This document shows, in pieces, positions 9,586 to 19,705 of a stretch of DNA of 64,000 nucleotides (its first letter is position 1; every line of letters starts with the position of its first letter). Where the stretch lies: contig JBDKUN010000056.1 of NCBI GenBank assembly GCA_039679675.1, positions 1-64,000 on the forward strand, given 5' to 3'. The stretch comes from Armatimonadota bacterium (lineage in GTDB: Bacteria; Armatimonadota; UBA5829; DTLH01). Under the pieces are notes generated by a model that was given only the letters and a program-made list of their open reading frames with translations, searched no databases and was not told the origin of the DNA. Position numbers and translations under genes: made by a program.

Positions 9586-10797
9586 TCAGTTTATTAGATT
9601 GAGCTTTTTTAAGGCATCTGCCACAGTGGATTCCTCAAGATTGTAGCTTATGTAGTGTACAAGATCTTTAGGTGATGCTATTAATTGTCCTAAAATAGCT
9701 TGGAAACTGGTTACGCCATTTTTCCAAGCTTCTTCCTGCTTTTTCAGTTTTGCGAGGCGGTCTTTATCTGCCGATGCGTCAAGAATATCAGACTCAGCTT
9801 TTCGCAGTATGCTATGCATTCCGCTTCCTACCAGGAACGGCATTCCCCTATAGGGTTTTTCTGCGGCCACATTGTCGGCAAAGGCGTGACCTACATCGAT
9901 GAGATCTAGTGCTTCATCTTTGCGATCCTTGAGGGCTAACTGCTTTGCTTCCCATGAAATCTGCCTGCTGATTTGCCGTGCGATGGCGTTATTTATCTGA
10001 GATACATCCCTAAAAACCTCGTCTTCGTTTATATTAATCATCAGCATAGATTCGACTGCTTCTTTCGGCAGCACCTTGCCTTTGATCGAGACTTTGATGT
10101 TCTCAACAGAAGGTACCCTCAATAAAGTCGTTATGAGAGCAGGTTCGGCATTTCCCTTACGGATGAGATCGAGAACGTCCTTAAGCTCATCTGTAGTCAG
10201 CGGAAATGCATAATTGCTGCTTTCCTCAGTAGTTCTTTTGCCTCTGGTAAGTGAACCGAATTTTAACTCGGCCATATTGTAATAAGGCTTTGCGTTGTCC
10301 TTATCGATCTCTGCGATTTTTTCAAGCGCTGCAAGCTTTTCTTCGAGTGTGGGCTTGTTCAGCGCATCAAGATACAGTGCGGGAAGGTAGTTTGGGGAGA
10401 CTAAATATACTTTATCGAGCAACTTTCGAGCCTTTGCGACTTCACCTTGCTTGCGTTTTTCTACGTCTTGCATCAACTTCTCGCAGTCGGTAGATGAGGG
10501 CGCTTCTTGTGCTAAATCACCCAGATCTGTATCAATTTTCCATAGGCACGGCTGGAAGATGTAGACCGGATCGGTTGGGACGAGTTTGGCTGATTGTGCG
10601 AGCAACTTGGGATTGTTCGTCAACACAGCCTTTGCATTAATTGCATCGGCAAGTCGCTCAGGTGAGAGCTTCGCTTTGTTGATAATCTGTACATTTAATT
10701 CGTGCTCGTCATCATCGGAAGATGTAGCTTTTGAAAATGCTGCGCCACATGCAAAAAGAGTGATTAAAACTGCAAATAATACCTGTTGTTCAATCAT
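9586..10797 (-). CDS. Hypothetical exported, mostly helical (TPR-like) protein
   Basis: 403-aa ORF with N-terminal signal peptide; DNAKPYY TPR-like turn; SD GAGGTG. Confidence 0.7.
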   Translation of the reverse strand: MIEQQVLFAVLITLFACGAAFSKATSSDDDEHELNVQIINKAKLSPERLADAINAKAVLTNNPKLLAQSAKLVPTDPVYIFQPCLWKIDTDLGDLAQEAPSSTDCEKLMQDVEKRKQGEVAKARKLLDKVYLVSPNYLPALYLDALNKPTLEEKLAALEKIAEIDKDNAKPYYNMAELKFGSLTRGKRTTEESSNYAFPLTTDELKDVLDLIRKGNAEPALITTLLRVPSVENIKVSIKGKVLPKEAVESMLMININEDEVFRDVSQINNAIARQISRQISWEAKQLALKDRKDEALDLIDVGHAFADNVAAEKPYRGMPFLVGSGMHSILRKAESDILDASADKDRLAKLKKQEEAWKNGVTSFQAILGQLIASPKDLVHYISYNLEESTVADALKKLNLIN

Positions 10798-10834
10798 TAC
10801 CGAATCACCTCAGATTTAGGATGTGGTACTGCTT

Positions 10835-10863
10835 GCCCGGCATCATAAGACGCCGGGCTTTTA
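10835..10863. terminator. Intrinsic terminator hairpin
   Basis: GCCCGGC...GCCGGGC followed by a T run. Confidence 0.55.
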
Positions 10864-10872
10864 GTTGTATAG

Positions 10873-11868
10873 CTACTTCTGATAGAATTTCTTCGACGCG
10901 ATGGCTAAGTGCGTTTTGCCTTCATCGTCTTTGGGGAGCACTGTGACTATGTCGTCGATCACATCATAAGGGCCGGCGACCGTAACTCCGTCGTCGAGGA
11001 CATAGGTGGTCTTTCTGGACTGGCGCTCTGCGTAGTCGCGGTCCGGCTCGAACCTCATCTCGGTCATTCCTTTGTCCAGCAGCCTTCCTATGTAGTCGTC
11101 CCTCATCATCGAGTTCGGAATGACCTTCTCCGCCAGCTCTTCAAGGTCCATAACGTGAGTCTGGGCGGTCTCGCGGACCGTTCGCGAGAGGTCGGCGGCC
11201 ACTTCCGGGCTTATCTGCTCCGCATTGGCATCCAGCCACTTGCTTGTCTCGTTCAGAACAAGTTTCGTCAGCTGCCTCGGAGTCGCAAGCTCTTCACACT
11301 CCAGAAAATCGGGTACCCAGAAGCTGTCTTCTTCGGATGCGCGGTAGAGCAGGTCATAACGCGTTTCTTCAGCCCATGGGCGGATGATTGCCCAGGTTAT
11401 GAGGCCATGAGCCGCGTCCGGCAGGACCAGTATCTGCTCGAAAGACAGTTCGTCTTCCTCGCGGCTGCGAAGATACACGCGCATCGGGTCGAGTTTGAGG
11501 AGCGCGACGTACCTGTCATCCGTATCGAGGTCGATAAACGGGCATATCGCGAGATCCGCGGTCATAGAGTTCTCTCGTTCGACCTGTTTCTGCAGCCACC
11601 AGGCTATCGCGTGCGAAACATCCTTGAAGCAGGAAGGCCCTTCGGCTATCATTCTGTCGCACGATGATGCCACCGACCCTTCCGAGGACATAAACTTCCC
11701 CATCCGTGTCTGGCTGGACTTCAGGCACGACTTAATGTGGTCCTCGAAGTATTTTCTGATGTCTTCGTCCAGCGTGACCTGCTCATCCGAGAGTCTCGGA
11801 GAGTCCGAAGCGCTGTCTGCGGTATGAAGTATTGCCCATTCGAGTTCGATGTTCTGGATAGACTGCAT
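10873..11868 (-). CDS. Nucleoid-associated protein (YejK/NdpA, NA37-like)
   Basis: Acidic 331-aa protein; N-terminal AILH, 'YFEDHIK', 'ALLKLD', 'FWxxxFL', C-terminal 'LDDGVTV' pattern. Confidence 0.7.
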   Translation of the reverse strand: MQSIQNIELEWAILHTADSASDSPRLSDEQVTLDEDIRKYFEDHIKSCLKSSQTRMGKFMSSEGSVASSCDRMIAEGPSCFKDVSHAIAWWLQKQVERENSMTADLAICPFIDLDTDDRYVALLKLDPMRVYLRSREEDELSFEQILVLPDAAHGLITWAIIRPWAEETRYDLLYRASEEDSFWVPDFLECEELATPRQLTKLVLNETSKWLDANAEQISPEVAADLSRTVRETAQTHVMDLEELAEKVIPNSMMRDDYIGRLLDKGMTEMRFEPDRDYAERQSRKTTYVLDDGVTVAGPYDVIDDIVTVLPKDDEGKTHLAIASKKFYQK

Positions 11869-11895
11869 GTCTTTGATGTTTCTCCTTGATTGATC

Positions 11896-12120
11896 CTACT
11901 TTTTCTGCCAACTGCTGAAGTCCGAGCTGTCGATAATCATAAACGGCTCGCCTTTTGTCTTGTCATCGCGTTCCATATAGACTTCACCGTCCTTGACTCC
12001 AAGGAACGTGAACAGTTCGCCGCGCGGCGACTGGACTTTGTCCATACGTTTTATACCGAAGATTGTTGGCCCGGTGGTGGCTAAATAGTCGCGTCTTTGG
12101 ACTGCTACAGGTTTGCGCAT
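11896..12120 (-). CDS. Small hypothetical protein
   Basis: 74 aa with SD GGAGGT, co-oriented between neighbours. Confidence 0.7.
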   Translation of the reverse strand: MRKPVAVQRRDYLATTGPTIFGIKRMDKVQSPRGELFTFLGVKDGEVYMERDDKTKGEPFMIIDSSDFSSWQKK

Positions 12121-12134
12121 AGGTGCACCTCCGA

Positions 12135-14222
12135 TCAGAGTTTAACGCTTATCCCTGACTCTAATTCGACTTTTGAGTACCTGTTTCCCTCCCCGTTTAT
12201 GGTCACTTTATAAGAATTTCCTCGCAAACCGGTAAATTTTATCGTTGCGGGTAGGTAATGGTCCTTGCTGAAGCCGTTTCGGGCATTGAATTCTACTGTT
12301 CCCGGTTTGAAGGAAAGGTTATGGATGCTGCACAGCCCGATGGAGTGCGCGCAGCGGTTTTTGACGTCGATTAACGCCGCTCCGAACCTGTTTACAGCCC
12401 ATGTGCGGATGGCTGCGGCGTCAGCGTCGCCAAGTGACAGGCCTGCGTATATCGCCGCCAAGCCGCGTTCCAGATACTCGCTTTGGTGAGTGGCACTGTA
12501 GTATTCGAGAAGGGTCCGTCCAAATGCCGCGCCGGACGCACTTTCTTCGATTGTGTTTCCTGCTGCAAACGACCCGAATACGCCGCTCCAGGTGTTCTGG
12601 AACCAGCACATCCGGCTGACTGCGGCAAGCCCCGGCTTCAGATACTTCTTATCTCCGGTCACATAGCACAGCGAGATCATCAGGTCTGCTGCGTACCGTG
12701 CTGCTGCTGACCCCTGCGGCAGGATCATCGTATGGCAGTCGCGGATATCCGCCGCGCCGGAGAACAGCACGTTTCTGTCGATATAATGCTCCTTTTCGAT
12801 GAGCTTCGCCACGAACTTACCGGATTTACAGGCGGCCTTCAGGTAAGCCCGTTTTCCGGTGGCGTTGTACAGCTCGGCCAGGAACCTGCCTGTTGCGCCG
12901 GTCTCGGCGCTTTCCTTCAGCTCCGGCAGCGGTTCGAAGTCATACGAAAACCACGGCGGGATTGCCCCTGATGAAAGCTGTCTGGAAACGAGAAAATCCC
13001 CGAATGTCCTGCATGCGGAAAGCACTCCCGCGTTCTCTTTTGTTAACCGGCTTACAGCCAGAAGCCAGCGGCAGGCCTCGGAATCGCGGACTGCATCGTA
13101 TGGCTGATCGGTATTTTGGACAGCAAAGAGCCCAGCAGGTGTCTGGTCTGCAAGCACCCGTTCTATTGTCTCATGTGCCTTCTGAAGTTCCACAGACTTT
13201 ACCAAACGGACATAGGCCGATGGAAGATCGTCCTGCAGTCCTGTTGAGACGGCTGACTGTTCTTTTGACCGCGCCATCTGCCAGACCCGCTCCTGAACCG
13301 GCTCGAACCCTACATCAGTCCGGGCTGCTGCATCGATATAAATGTAGAAAGTGCAGGTTATTTTCTCTTCATCCGGCCAGAGGAGCATCGAGCGGTCATG
13401 ATATGAGAACTGTCCGTCCGGTTTCGAACTGCAAAACCCGTAGACGAGGAGCGGAGCTGAGATCACGCCGTTCATCATATCCAAATCGAGCGCAACGGGC
13501 AGAGCTTTTGGGCAGTTGGGGTCTGGAATGACCGCTGCCAGGAGCTTTTTCCTCTGGACGAGGACAGCCGGAGACTTGAACGAGCTTTCGCCGATAATGT
13601 GGTCGTTTTCCGGCCTGAGCGACGGGGCCCAGGCATAGTCCGGCCTGCTGTAGTTATCGAGAAGCAGCCCGTCCGGCAGGAATGCGTAAGCTGCCGTCAG
13701 GTATTCGAAGAACGGCTGCCTGTTCGATGCCTTCGGCTCGAATTCCATAGTCACTCGAACGAATTTAGAGCCGGGTGTAAGGGTTATTGCCGAGGAGAAT
13801 CTTCCTGAGGATGAATCGCCGGATAGCGTGACGCTGAGTTCATCATCGGTTTTGGTTATCTGCGCGTCAGAATAGACCATACGCAGAGAGTCGCGGTTCA
13901 CTTCGAAAAGATGCCGCCTGCGGCCTGAAAACATCGGGTCTGCCGGTAATCTATGTTCGGTGAATGGTATTAGGTTGCGGTGGATGGTGGAGAGGATCAA
14001 CCTGGGTTGGTTGGTGCTGTCGATGCCGTAAAACTCTTGGGAATAACCCCCGTCGCGGTATATAAGTTTAAGTCGGATAAAATCATTAGCCAGAATAATG
14101 TCGCGCCCCGACCTGGCGGATTCGAGGCATGCCTTTTCGCCTTTCAACGTCCTTAACTCCTGAGGATTGCGCTCTTCGTCGCATTTGTGTGGTGCAACAG
14201 CCAGAGAAATGATACATCGCAC
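12135..14222 (-). CDS. Hypothetical protein with glycoside-hydrolase-like (alpha/alpha)-barrel C-terminus (start may be TTG at 14147)
   Basis: Repeated 'LYxATGKxxYLxAA' and 'QLSSGAIPxW' helical-hairpin motifs. Confidence 0.65.
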   Translation of the reverse strand: MRCIISLAVAPHKCDEERNPQELRTLKGEKACLESARSGRDIILANDFIRLKLIYRDGGYSQEFYGIDSTNQPRLILSTIHRNLIPFTEHRLPADPMFSGRRRHLFEVNRDSLRMVYSDAQITKTDDELSVTLSGDSSSGRFSSAITLTPGSKFVRVTMEFEPKASNRQPFFEYLTAAYAFLPDGLLLDNYSRPDYAWAPSLRPENDHIIGESSFKSPAVLVQRKKLLAAVIPDPNCPKALPVALDLDMMNGVISAPLLVYGFCSSKPDGQFSYHDRSMLLWPDEEKITCTFYIYIDAAARTDVGFEPVQERVWQMARSKEQSAVSTGLQDDLPSAYVRLVKSVELQKAHETIERVLADQTPAGLFAVQNTDQPYDAVRDSEACRWLLAVSRLTKENAGVLSACRTFGDFLVSRQLSSGAIPPWFSYDFEPLPELKESAETGATGRFLAELYNATGKRAYLKAACKSGKFVAKLIEKEHYIDRNVLFSGAADIRDCHTMILPQGSAAARYAADLMISLCYVTGDKKYLKPGLAAVSRMCWFQNTWSGVFGSFAAGNTIEESASGAAFGRTLLEYYSATHQSEYLERGLAAIYAGLSLGDADAAAIRTWAVNRFGAALIDVKNRCAHSIGLCSIHNLSFKPGTVEFNARNGFSKDHYLPATIKFTGLRGNSYKVTINGEGNRYSKVELESGISVKL

Positions 14223-14338
14223 CTCAGCAGGTGTCTAGCAGGCAGGCATAGCCTGAATAAGAGGAATTTATGAGTATTGGGCATAATATTATCAATGCGT
14301 GACTGTTTGAGTATAATGACTTGCCTTGGAGGAATTAG

Positions 14339-14947
14339 ATGGCTTCGGTTGTTGTGGACGACTGGGTTCAGCGTCAAGTGATTCAAAGCGAGCTTATGGA
14401 TGAGGAAAGCATTGAGTGGGTAGGGCAGCCGGATCCATCGATTATCTTTACAAAAGCTGATATATTTCTTATTCCATTTAGTATTTTATGGTGTGGATTT
14501 GCAATTTTCTGGGAAGCTTCAGCTCTTGGTATTACATTCAAAGGTGGTGGCGCCCCGTTGTTGTTCGCGTTATTTGGTGTCCCATTCGTCCTAATAGGCT
14601 TATATATGGTATTTGGCAGGTTCTTTTATAAAGCATGGAAAAAGCGAAAAACGTATTATGCGGTCACAAATAAGAGAATTATTGTAATTACTCTGGGGAT
14701 TGGGAAAAATATCCAGGCTGTTTTCATCCGCGACATCCCGATGATTAACCAATCTATCGGGGCTAACGGAATGGGTTCGCTGATTTTTGGAAATACCAAT
14801 TGGCAGTTCGCTATGTACGGCAATACGGGGATGGGCTATTTCGGGCAGTATGCTAACAACGCAGCAGCAATTGCTTTCTACGATATTAGAGACGCCAAAA
14901 CTGTATATGATCTCGTAAATCGCATAAGAAACAGGCAATCACAATAA
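14339..14947 (+). CDS. Membrane protein with bacterial PH-like domain
   Basis: W.GQP, two TM segments, TYYAVTNKRII motif; SD GGAGG. Confidence 0.75.
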   Translation: MASVVVDDWVQRQVIQSELMDEESIEWVGQPDPSIIFTKADIFLIPFSILWCGFAIFWEASALGITFKGGGAPLLFALFGVPFVLIGLYMVFGRFFYKAWKKRKTYYAVTNKRIIVITLGIGKNIQAVFIRDIPMINQSIGANGMGSLIFGNTNWQFAMYGNTGMGYFGQYANNAAAIAFYDIRDAKTVYDLVNRIRNRQSQ

Positions 14948-14953
14948 CAGCCG

Positions 14954-14982
14954 TTGATCTTCGACCTGATTCATGCTAAAAT
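14954..14982 (+). promoter_or_regulatory. Sigma70 promoter of tRNA-Ser
   Basis: TTGATC-N17-TAAAAT with extended TG. Confidence 0.7.
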
Positions 14983-14993
14983 ACACTCGCCTT

Positions 14994-15083
14994 GGAGTGA
15001 TGTCCGAGTTGGTCGAAGGAGCAGCACTGGAAATGCTGTAACGGGCTTCCCGTTCGTGGGTTCGAATCCCACTCACTCCGCCA
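14994..15083 (+). tRNA. tRNA-Ser (GGA)
   Basis: GGAGTGATGTCCGAGTTGG...CAGCACTGGAAATGCTG...long variable arm...GGTTCGAATCCCACTCACTCCGCCA. Confidence 0.97.
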
Positions 15084-15262
15084 ATCATTGGGAGCTAAAC
15101 TGCTCTTGATACCGACATTTCTGAGCGTCAGGATTATCCATGGCGCTCAGGGAATGCCTCAAGTTTTGTGACCCACTTACGTATTACCGCCGCCGTGAGC
15201 CTTTGACCCATATTACCCTTACTTTTGCGGATTCCGCCCTGTCCTGCCAGGTGCACAACGCA

Positions 15263-15296
15263 AACAAGCCGCCCATATTACACAGGCGGCTTGTTA
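15263..15296. terminator. Terminator between tRNA-Ser and the porD-like gene
   Basis: AACAAGCCGCC...GGCGGCTTGTT. Confidence 0.7.
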
Positions 15297-15318
15297 AGCA
15301 AAGCACTGACGCTCGGTT

Positions 15319-15639
15319 TTACCGATAATCGGCCTCCGGGCGCATCTCGATAGCCTGAACTCTGGATGGACATTCGGCAGCACAAATCCCGCAGCCTTTG
15401 CAGTGATCATAGTCGATGCCAATAACCTTACCATCTTCGACCATTATGGAGCTGTCCGGGCAATACATCCAGCAAACTAAACAACTGATGCACTTCTCGG
15501 AGTTCCAAATCGGGCGCTCGGTGCGCCAGTCGCCGGTCTTATAGCTCTCAGCGCTTCCGGGTTCGACCATCAGTCCGCCCTTTGGTAGTTCATGCCATGC
15601 GGGCTCCTGAGCGTTTACCCGTTTGTTCTGTTCTGCCAT
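15319..15639 (-). CDS. porD: 2-oxoacid:ferredoxin oxidoreductase delta subunit (2x4Fe-4S)
   Basis: [41 protein letters not shown]. Confidence 0.9.
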   Translation of the reverse strand: MAEQNKRVNAQEPAWHELPKGGLMVEPGSAESYKTGDWRTERPIWNSEKCISCLVCWMYCPDSSIMVEDGKVIGIDYDHCKGCGICAAECPSRVQAIEMRPEADYR

Positions 15640-15794
15640 TCTACCTTCTCCTCGATGATCCGGGCCTATTCGGTCCCAACAAGTTATTATAGCACATAAG
15701 GCCGGTATTGCCCACTCTGTGGCCGATCCAAATTTAATTTACCTGCGCTCCTGCTGTTTTTGAATCCTTGCCTGCTATGTAGTATTATTGATTC

Positions 15795-16967
15795 ATGAAA
15801 GCTGTAATAATTGCATTCTGCGCGTTTTTGCTGGTGTTTTCTGTTTTAACGGAGTGTACTGCTGCCGGTCCGAATGATGTGCTGGTGGTACGCAACTCGA
15901 ACTCTCCGGTGTCTGTGCGGATTGCGGCATATTATATGTCGAAAAGAGGCATATCCGATTCCAGGCTCGTTACCGTAAAGACAGCCGATTCATCAGTGTC
16001 TGCCGCGAACGAGTCCATTTCTCCCGATGACTATGTAGCACAGATTCACAAACCTGTCGCCGATTATCTGGCAAAGCACGCACTTGTTAACAAGATCAAG
16101 TATATAGTGCTGACCAAGGGTGTACCGTTTCGATTGAGCAGCGATCCCACCGGCGGCACTTCCGGCGGACAGTCTGTGGACAGTGTCCTGGCTACCTTAG
16201 GTATGTCCAACCCGATGTTCGTTAACCTGGGAGCCAAGGGCCATCCGGTAGTAAACAGATACTGGCGGTCCAGAGAGCCGTTCTCTCATCAGAAATACGG
16301 CGGTTACCTTGTTACGAGGCTTGATGGCTATACAGAGGATGATGCCAAGTCGCTGGTGGATAGAGCGGCTGCTCCTGCACCCAAACAACGTGTAATTCTG
16401 CTCGATGCAGACGCCAAAAAGGGGCTAGGTGATGCGGCAATCCAACCGAAATCTATCCTGAATGACTCCGGCACCGACATCATTGATGTTCCCGTGAACT
16501 TCCCCGACTTTAATGCGGATATGGTACACCTTGGCAATATGCTGTCGGACAAGCCAAATACTCATGTGATACTGGACAAGACGGATAGTTTCATCTGTAT
16601 CTCCAAGCCGGTAACGGTCTATGTGTCCTGGGGAAGCAACGATGGAAAGTTCAACGCTGATGTGTATCACAATATCAAGCTCGGGCCGAGAAGCCTTGCG
16701 GAGACTGCGGTATCCTCAAGCGGCCGGACTCTGCTCAAGACCACCGGAGGTCAATCCCTCATCGCTGACCTCATAGCTCAGGGAGCTGCAGGAGCAAAGG
16801 GTTACGTGACGGAACCATATCTTGTTTCTATGGCTTCTCCCAGTGTGTTTGTAGACCTCTACCTCTCCGGGCGGAACCTGGCGGAGTCGTTTTACGCAGG
16901 TTCCCGGTTCCTGGCGTGGAAGGATATAGTGCTTGGGGACCCGCTTTGCAGCCTGGATGGGAAATAA
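15795..16967 (+). CDS. TIGR03790-family protein (exosortase-associated)
   Basis: Signal peptide; VLVVRNSNS..S..IA.YY...RGI, YIVLTKGVP, LVTRLDG, GYVTEPYL, GRNLAESFY, GDPL. Confidence 0.85.
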   Translation: MKAVIIAFCAFLLVFSVLTECTAAGPNDVLVVRNSNSPVSVRIAAYYMSKRGISDSRLVTVKTADSSVSAANESISPDDYVAQIHKPVADYLAKHALVNKIKYIVLTKGVPFRLSSDPTGGTSGGQSVDSVLATLGMSNPMFVNLGAKGHPVVNRYWRSREPFSHQKYGGYLVTRLDGYTEDDAKSLVDRAAAPAPKQRVILLDADAKKGLGDAAIQPKSILNDSGTDIIDVPVNFPDFNADMVHLGNMLSDKPNTHVILDKTDSFICISKPVTVYVSWGSNDGKFNADVYHNIKLGPRSLAETAVSSSGRTLLKTTGGQSLIADLIAQGAAGAKGYVTEPYLVSMASPSVFVDLYLSGRNLAESFYAGSRFLAWKDIVLGDPLCSLDGK

Positions 16968-17057
16968 TGCCGGAGGTTTTGCAACAAGTTTTCAAGTTAG
17001 AATACAAGGTAAGAGTTCAGCGTTGATGAGCAAAACATTATGCTGAACTATCACAAC

Positions 17058-17183
17058 GTCATTCCGAGCTTGACTCGGAATCCAGGAAGAAAATGGACCC
17101 TGAATCTATGGGTTTTCGGCTATAGCCGAAAATCTTCCGGGCGAGTTTCAGGTATAACCTGAAACTCCATAGTTCAGGGTGAC
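17058..17183. repeat. Composite REP-like palindromic element with nested twin-hairpin insert
   Basis: GTCATTCCGAGCTTGACTCGGAATCCA + ACCCTGAA..TTCAGGGT outer stem enclosing two hairpins; related copies at 22373-22434 and 37574-37648. Confidence 0.75.
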
Positions 17184-17280
17184 GTGCTGGTTGTTCTGGG
17201 TGATATATAATTCCTGCAAGAGTGAATTATTGCAATACTAGAGCTTAGTATTATAAAGCTTGTGGTATCAACGGAAGAAT

Positions 17281-18102
17281 TTAGCTCGATTTTCTCTTCC
17301 TTCTGAAGAACAGCCCGGCAGGTGCCAGGACGGACAAAGCGGCTACGATTGTACCAGGTTCCGGGACGGCTGCCACGAAGGTTTCCCTGCTGTCTGCAAT
17401 TACCCTGAAGTTGTTGGAATAGGATGAATTGTTTTGAGCCTGTGATAGGTAATATTTTGCCTGATTGTAAACACCACTGTCGATGTTACTAAGTTTCAGA
17501 TTTCCGCCATTCCAATTATATGTGCCATCGGCATTGGTTGTCTCTGTATAACCGCTCCATATACCGGTAGTGCCGATCCACGTGGCTACCTGAAGGGCGG
17601 AACGCTTCGCATCGCTGCTTGGGTTTGGGTTCTTGTCGCTGTCTACCACAGCTTTGGTCCACATAGTTGTTAGTTTGTTCCATGTTGCATCGGACTCTTC
17701 GGCAATCGTCCCTGTCTTATGGTCAGGGTTACCATGATTGTCAATGTTATTCTTTGCCCCTTGCCAGGTATAGAAGTGGTATCCTTCGTAATTATTGCCG
17801 GGTTCCAGGAAAATACCAGTTCTTGTGTCTATGCATATCGCAAACCCCGACCAGTCGTGTCCATTTTGTTGAAGATCCAACTTCGGCTGCGCGGTGGAGA
17901 CTGTCGCAGGAATACCGTTGTAAGTTATCGAGATAGTGGGGGTTTTATCCCGCGTGACCTTTAGATTGTCGATCTTTACGCCGTTACTGGTGTTCAGGTC
18001 CGTAACCCGGTCAAGGGCGGGTTGCTCGATAGCCATTGCCCCGATACTTAAGCATGCAACCAGGGACAGCACCAAGCTCCACACCATATTGGATTTTCTC
18101 AT
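17281..18102 (-). CDS. PEP-CTERM sorting-domain protein
   Basis: Signal peptide; C-terminal VPEPGTIVAALSVLAPAGLFFRRKRKSS. Confidence 0.92.
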   Translation of the reverse strand: MRKSNMVWSLVLSLVACLSIGAMAIEQPALDRVTDLNTSNGVKIDNLKVTRDKTPTISITYNGIPATVSTAQPKLDLQQNGHDWSGFAICIDTRTGIFLEPGNNYEGYHFYTWQGAKNNIDNHGNPDHKTGTIAEESDATWNKLTTMWTKAVVDSDKNPNPSSDAKRSALQVATWIGTTGIWSGYTETTNADGTYNWNGGNLKLSNIDSGVYNQAKYYLSQAQNNSSYSNNFRVIADSRETFVAAVPEPGTIVAALSVLAPAGLFFRRKRKSS

Positions 18103-18237
18103 CTTAGTCTCCTATATTAGAGTTCTACGGCTTCATACTTCTAACAATCGTGACCAATTGCTCTAATAGTTCTAAATTGAACCCTAACTATGTCTTATAT
18201 CAAGCCAAAATCACAACTTCAATATACTTTCAGTCCT

Positions 18238-18316
18238 AGATTACTGTATGTTTGTATGTCAGTCAAGTGATTTATGGGTGTAAATCATAAATATCTCAAA
18301 TTCAGGTAATATTACC
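18238..18316 (-). promoter_or_regulatory. GGTAATATTACC palindrome + TTGACT-N17-TAATCT promoter
   Basis: Palindrome 18305-18316; -35 at 18261-18266 (minus), 38 bp gap. Confidence 0.7.
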
Positions 18317-18441
18317 AGGCTATGCCCGGCAATACATGCGAGCAAATGATTAGTCTCTGGATTAACGCTAAGTATTGAAGATACAGGCGGCAGTCCAGCC
18401 GGTATTATGATGGCGAATGGAAAATAAAATTAAATAATAAG

Positions 18442-18471
18442 AGCCGCCGGTGAACTGCATTCAGCGGCTCT
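18442..18471 (-). terminator. Terminator of the second PEP-CTERM gene
   Basis: GAGCCGC...GCGGCTC with an adjacent A-rich tract (U-tract on minus). Confidence 0.6.
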
Positions 18472-18512
18472 CGATTATATACTTCACTTGCGAGCTCTTT
18501 GGAGATTTCGGT

Positions 18513-19142
18513 TTACCGTTTTCTCCTCCTAAAGAACATCCCTGCCGGAGCAAGAATTGTACATGCTGCCAAGATAGTACCGGGCTCAGGTACAGAGGAA
18601 ACATCCATTACGCCGGTTCCATGGGCAGTAACGCTACCTGTTCCACTAGTATTCTTAAGGGTTGCGCTGTAGTCTAGCCGGAGCCACCTTGCGTTGATGG
18701 TGGGTCCATATGTTATGTCGTCTGATGATTTGCCATCCCACGAACCAGAACCGGTTTCTTTTACATTCAACAAAGATCCCACACACGTCCAGTTTGAAAT
18801 ATCGTTCGCATCGTCCACATTGTCATCACTGTAGTAGTACTGCCAGATGAAGTTATCACCGCCTGTATCTTTCAGATTGCCCTGCAGGCTCCATGACGGG
18901 TTAGTGCTATTGGTGGTAATGTTCACGTTGCCGCTGTATGTCAGTTTCCATAACCCCACGAATCCTAGATCGTATGACGCGCTGTCTAAATCCAGGGGAG
19001 TAGCAGTGACCGCGGTATTATTCTTCTTCACGGTAGCAGTGAAGCCCAATGTGGTGCCGTCACTCGTTTCAGCAAAGCCGATTGCAGCAATAGAGAACAA
19101 GAACACTGCAACCATTGACATAACCAGAAGAGTCTTTTTCAA
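18513..19142 (-). CDS. PEP-CTERM sorting-domain protein
   Basis: TTG start at 19142 after AAGGAG, signal peptide, tail VPEPGTILAACTILAPAGMFFRRRKR. Confidence 0.9.
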   Translation of the reverse strand: MKKTLLVMSMVAVFLFSIAAIGFAETSDGTTLGFTATVKKNNTAVTATPLDLDSASYDLGFVGLWKLTYSGNVNITTNSTNPSWSLQGNLKDTGGDNFIWQYYYSDDNVDDANDISNWTCVGSLLNVKETGSGSWDGKSSDDITYGPTINARWLRLDYSATLKNTSGTGSVTAHGTGVMDVSSVPEPGTILAACTILAPAGMFFRRRKR

Positions 19143-19308
19143 GTTAAATCTCCTTTCTCTATTTCTTCCCGCGCCCATCAGGCCTGAGCCTATCGACCCG
19201 GCGTGCATTTCTGTTGCGGTTATTGCATAAAATAACCTGAGCTGGCACTGGTGTACCGATGGCGTCGAATTGACCGCACATATATTGTCACTGTGCCTAC
19301 CTGCCACC

Positions 19309-19388
19309 AATTTATCGTAATTTAGCTGATCAGTCAAGGCAACATATCATATTTGACGAAATTTGACAGTAAAACAGGTAATATTACC
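19309..19388 (-). promoter_or_regulatory. GGTAATATTACC palindrome + TTGACT-N17-TAAATT promoter
   Basis: Palindrome 19377-19388; -35 at 19332-19337 (minus), 39 bp gap. Confidence 0.7.
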
Positions 19389-19557
19389 GGGATATTGCTC
19401 GCTTATAATGTGGAAATGTCCACAGCGGGAAGCCACCGGTCTGCATTCCGGCCTGCTGCAGGAAACGTACGGGATCAAATGCCTCTATTTATATATGTTT
19501 AAGTCACATATAAGACAAACAAGCCCTGTACAAATACCGGATTTGCCACTTATCATC

Positions 19558-19586
19558 TTGACACCTGACATATCCCTACGTATATT
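19558..19586 (+). promoter_or_regulatory. Sigma70 promoter of the propeller-repeat gene
   Basis: TTGACA-N17-TATATT. Confidence 0.65.
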
Positions 19587-19705
19587 GAGCATGTGGCAAG
19601 CTGGCGGACATAGTGTTGAGAACAAATCAGAAATTATGTCAGCGGATATCCATATTAATATGCAAATGATATACTGCCGGGTTGTTTATAAGGAGTAATG
19701 AGAAA

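Noticed and set aside
15084..15318. Island integrated at tRNA-Ser
   Set aside because: No integrase, no duplicated tRNA 3' end seen, only ordinary hairpins
19143..19337. 65-aa N-terminal extension of the PEP-CTERM protein
   Set aside because: The 'start' TTG is the -35 box; SD and signal peptide support 19142
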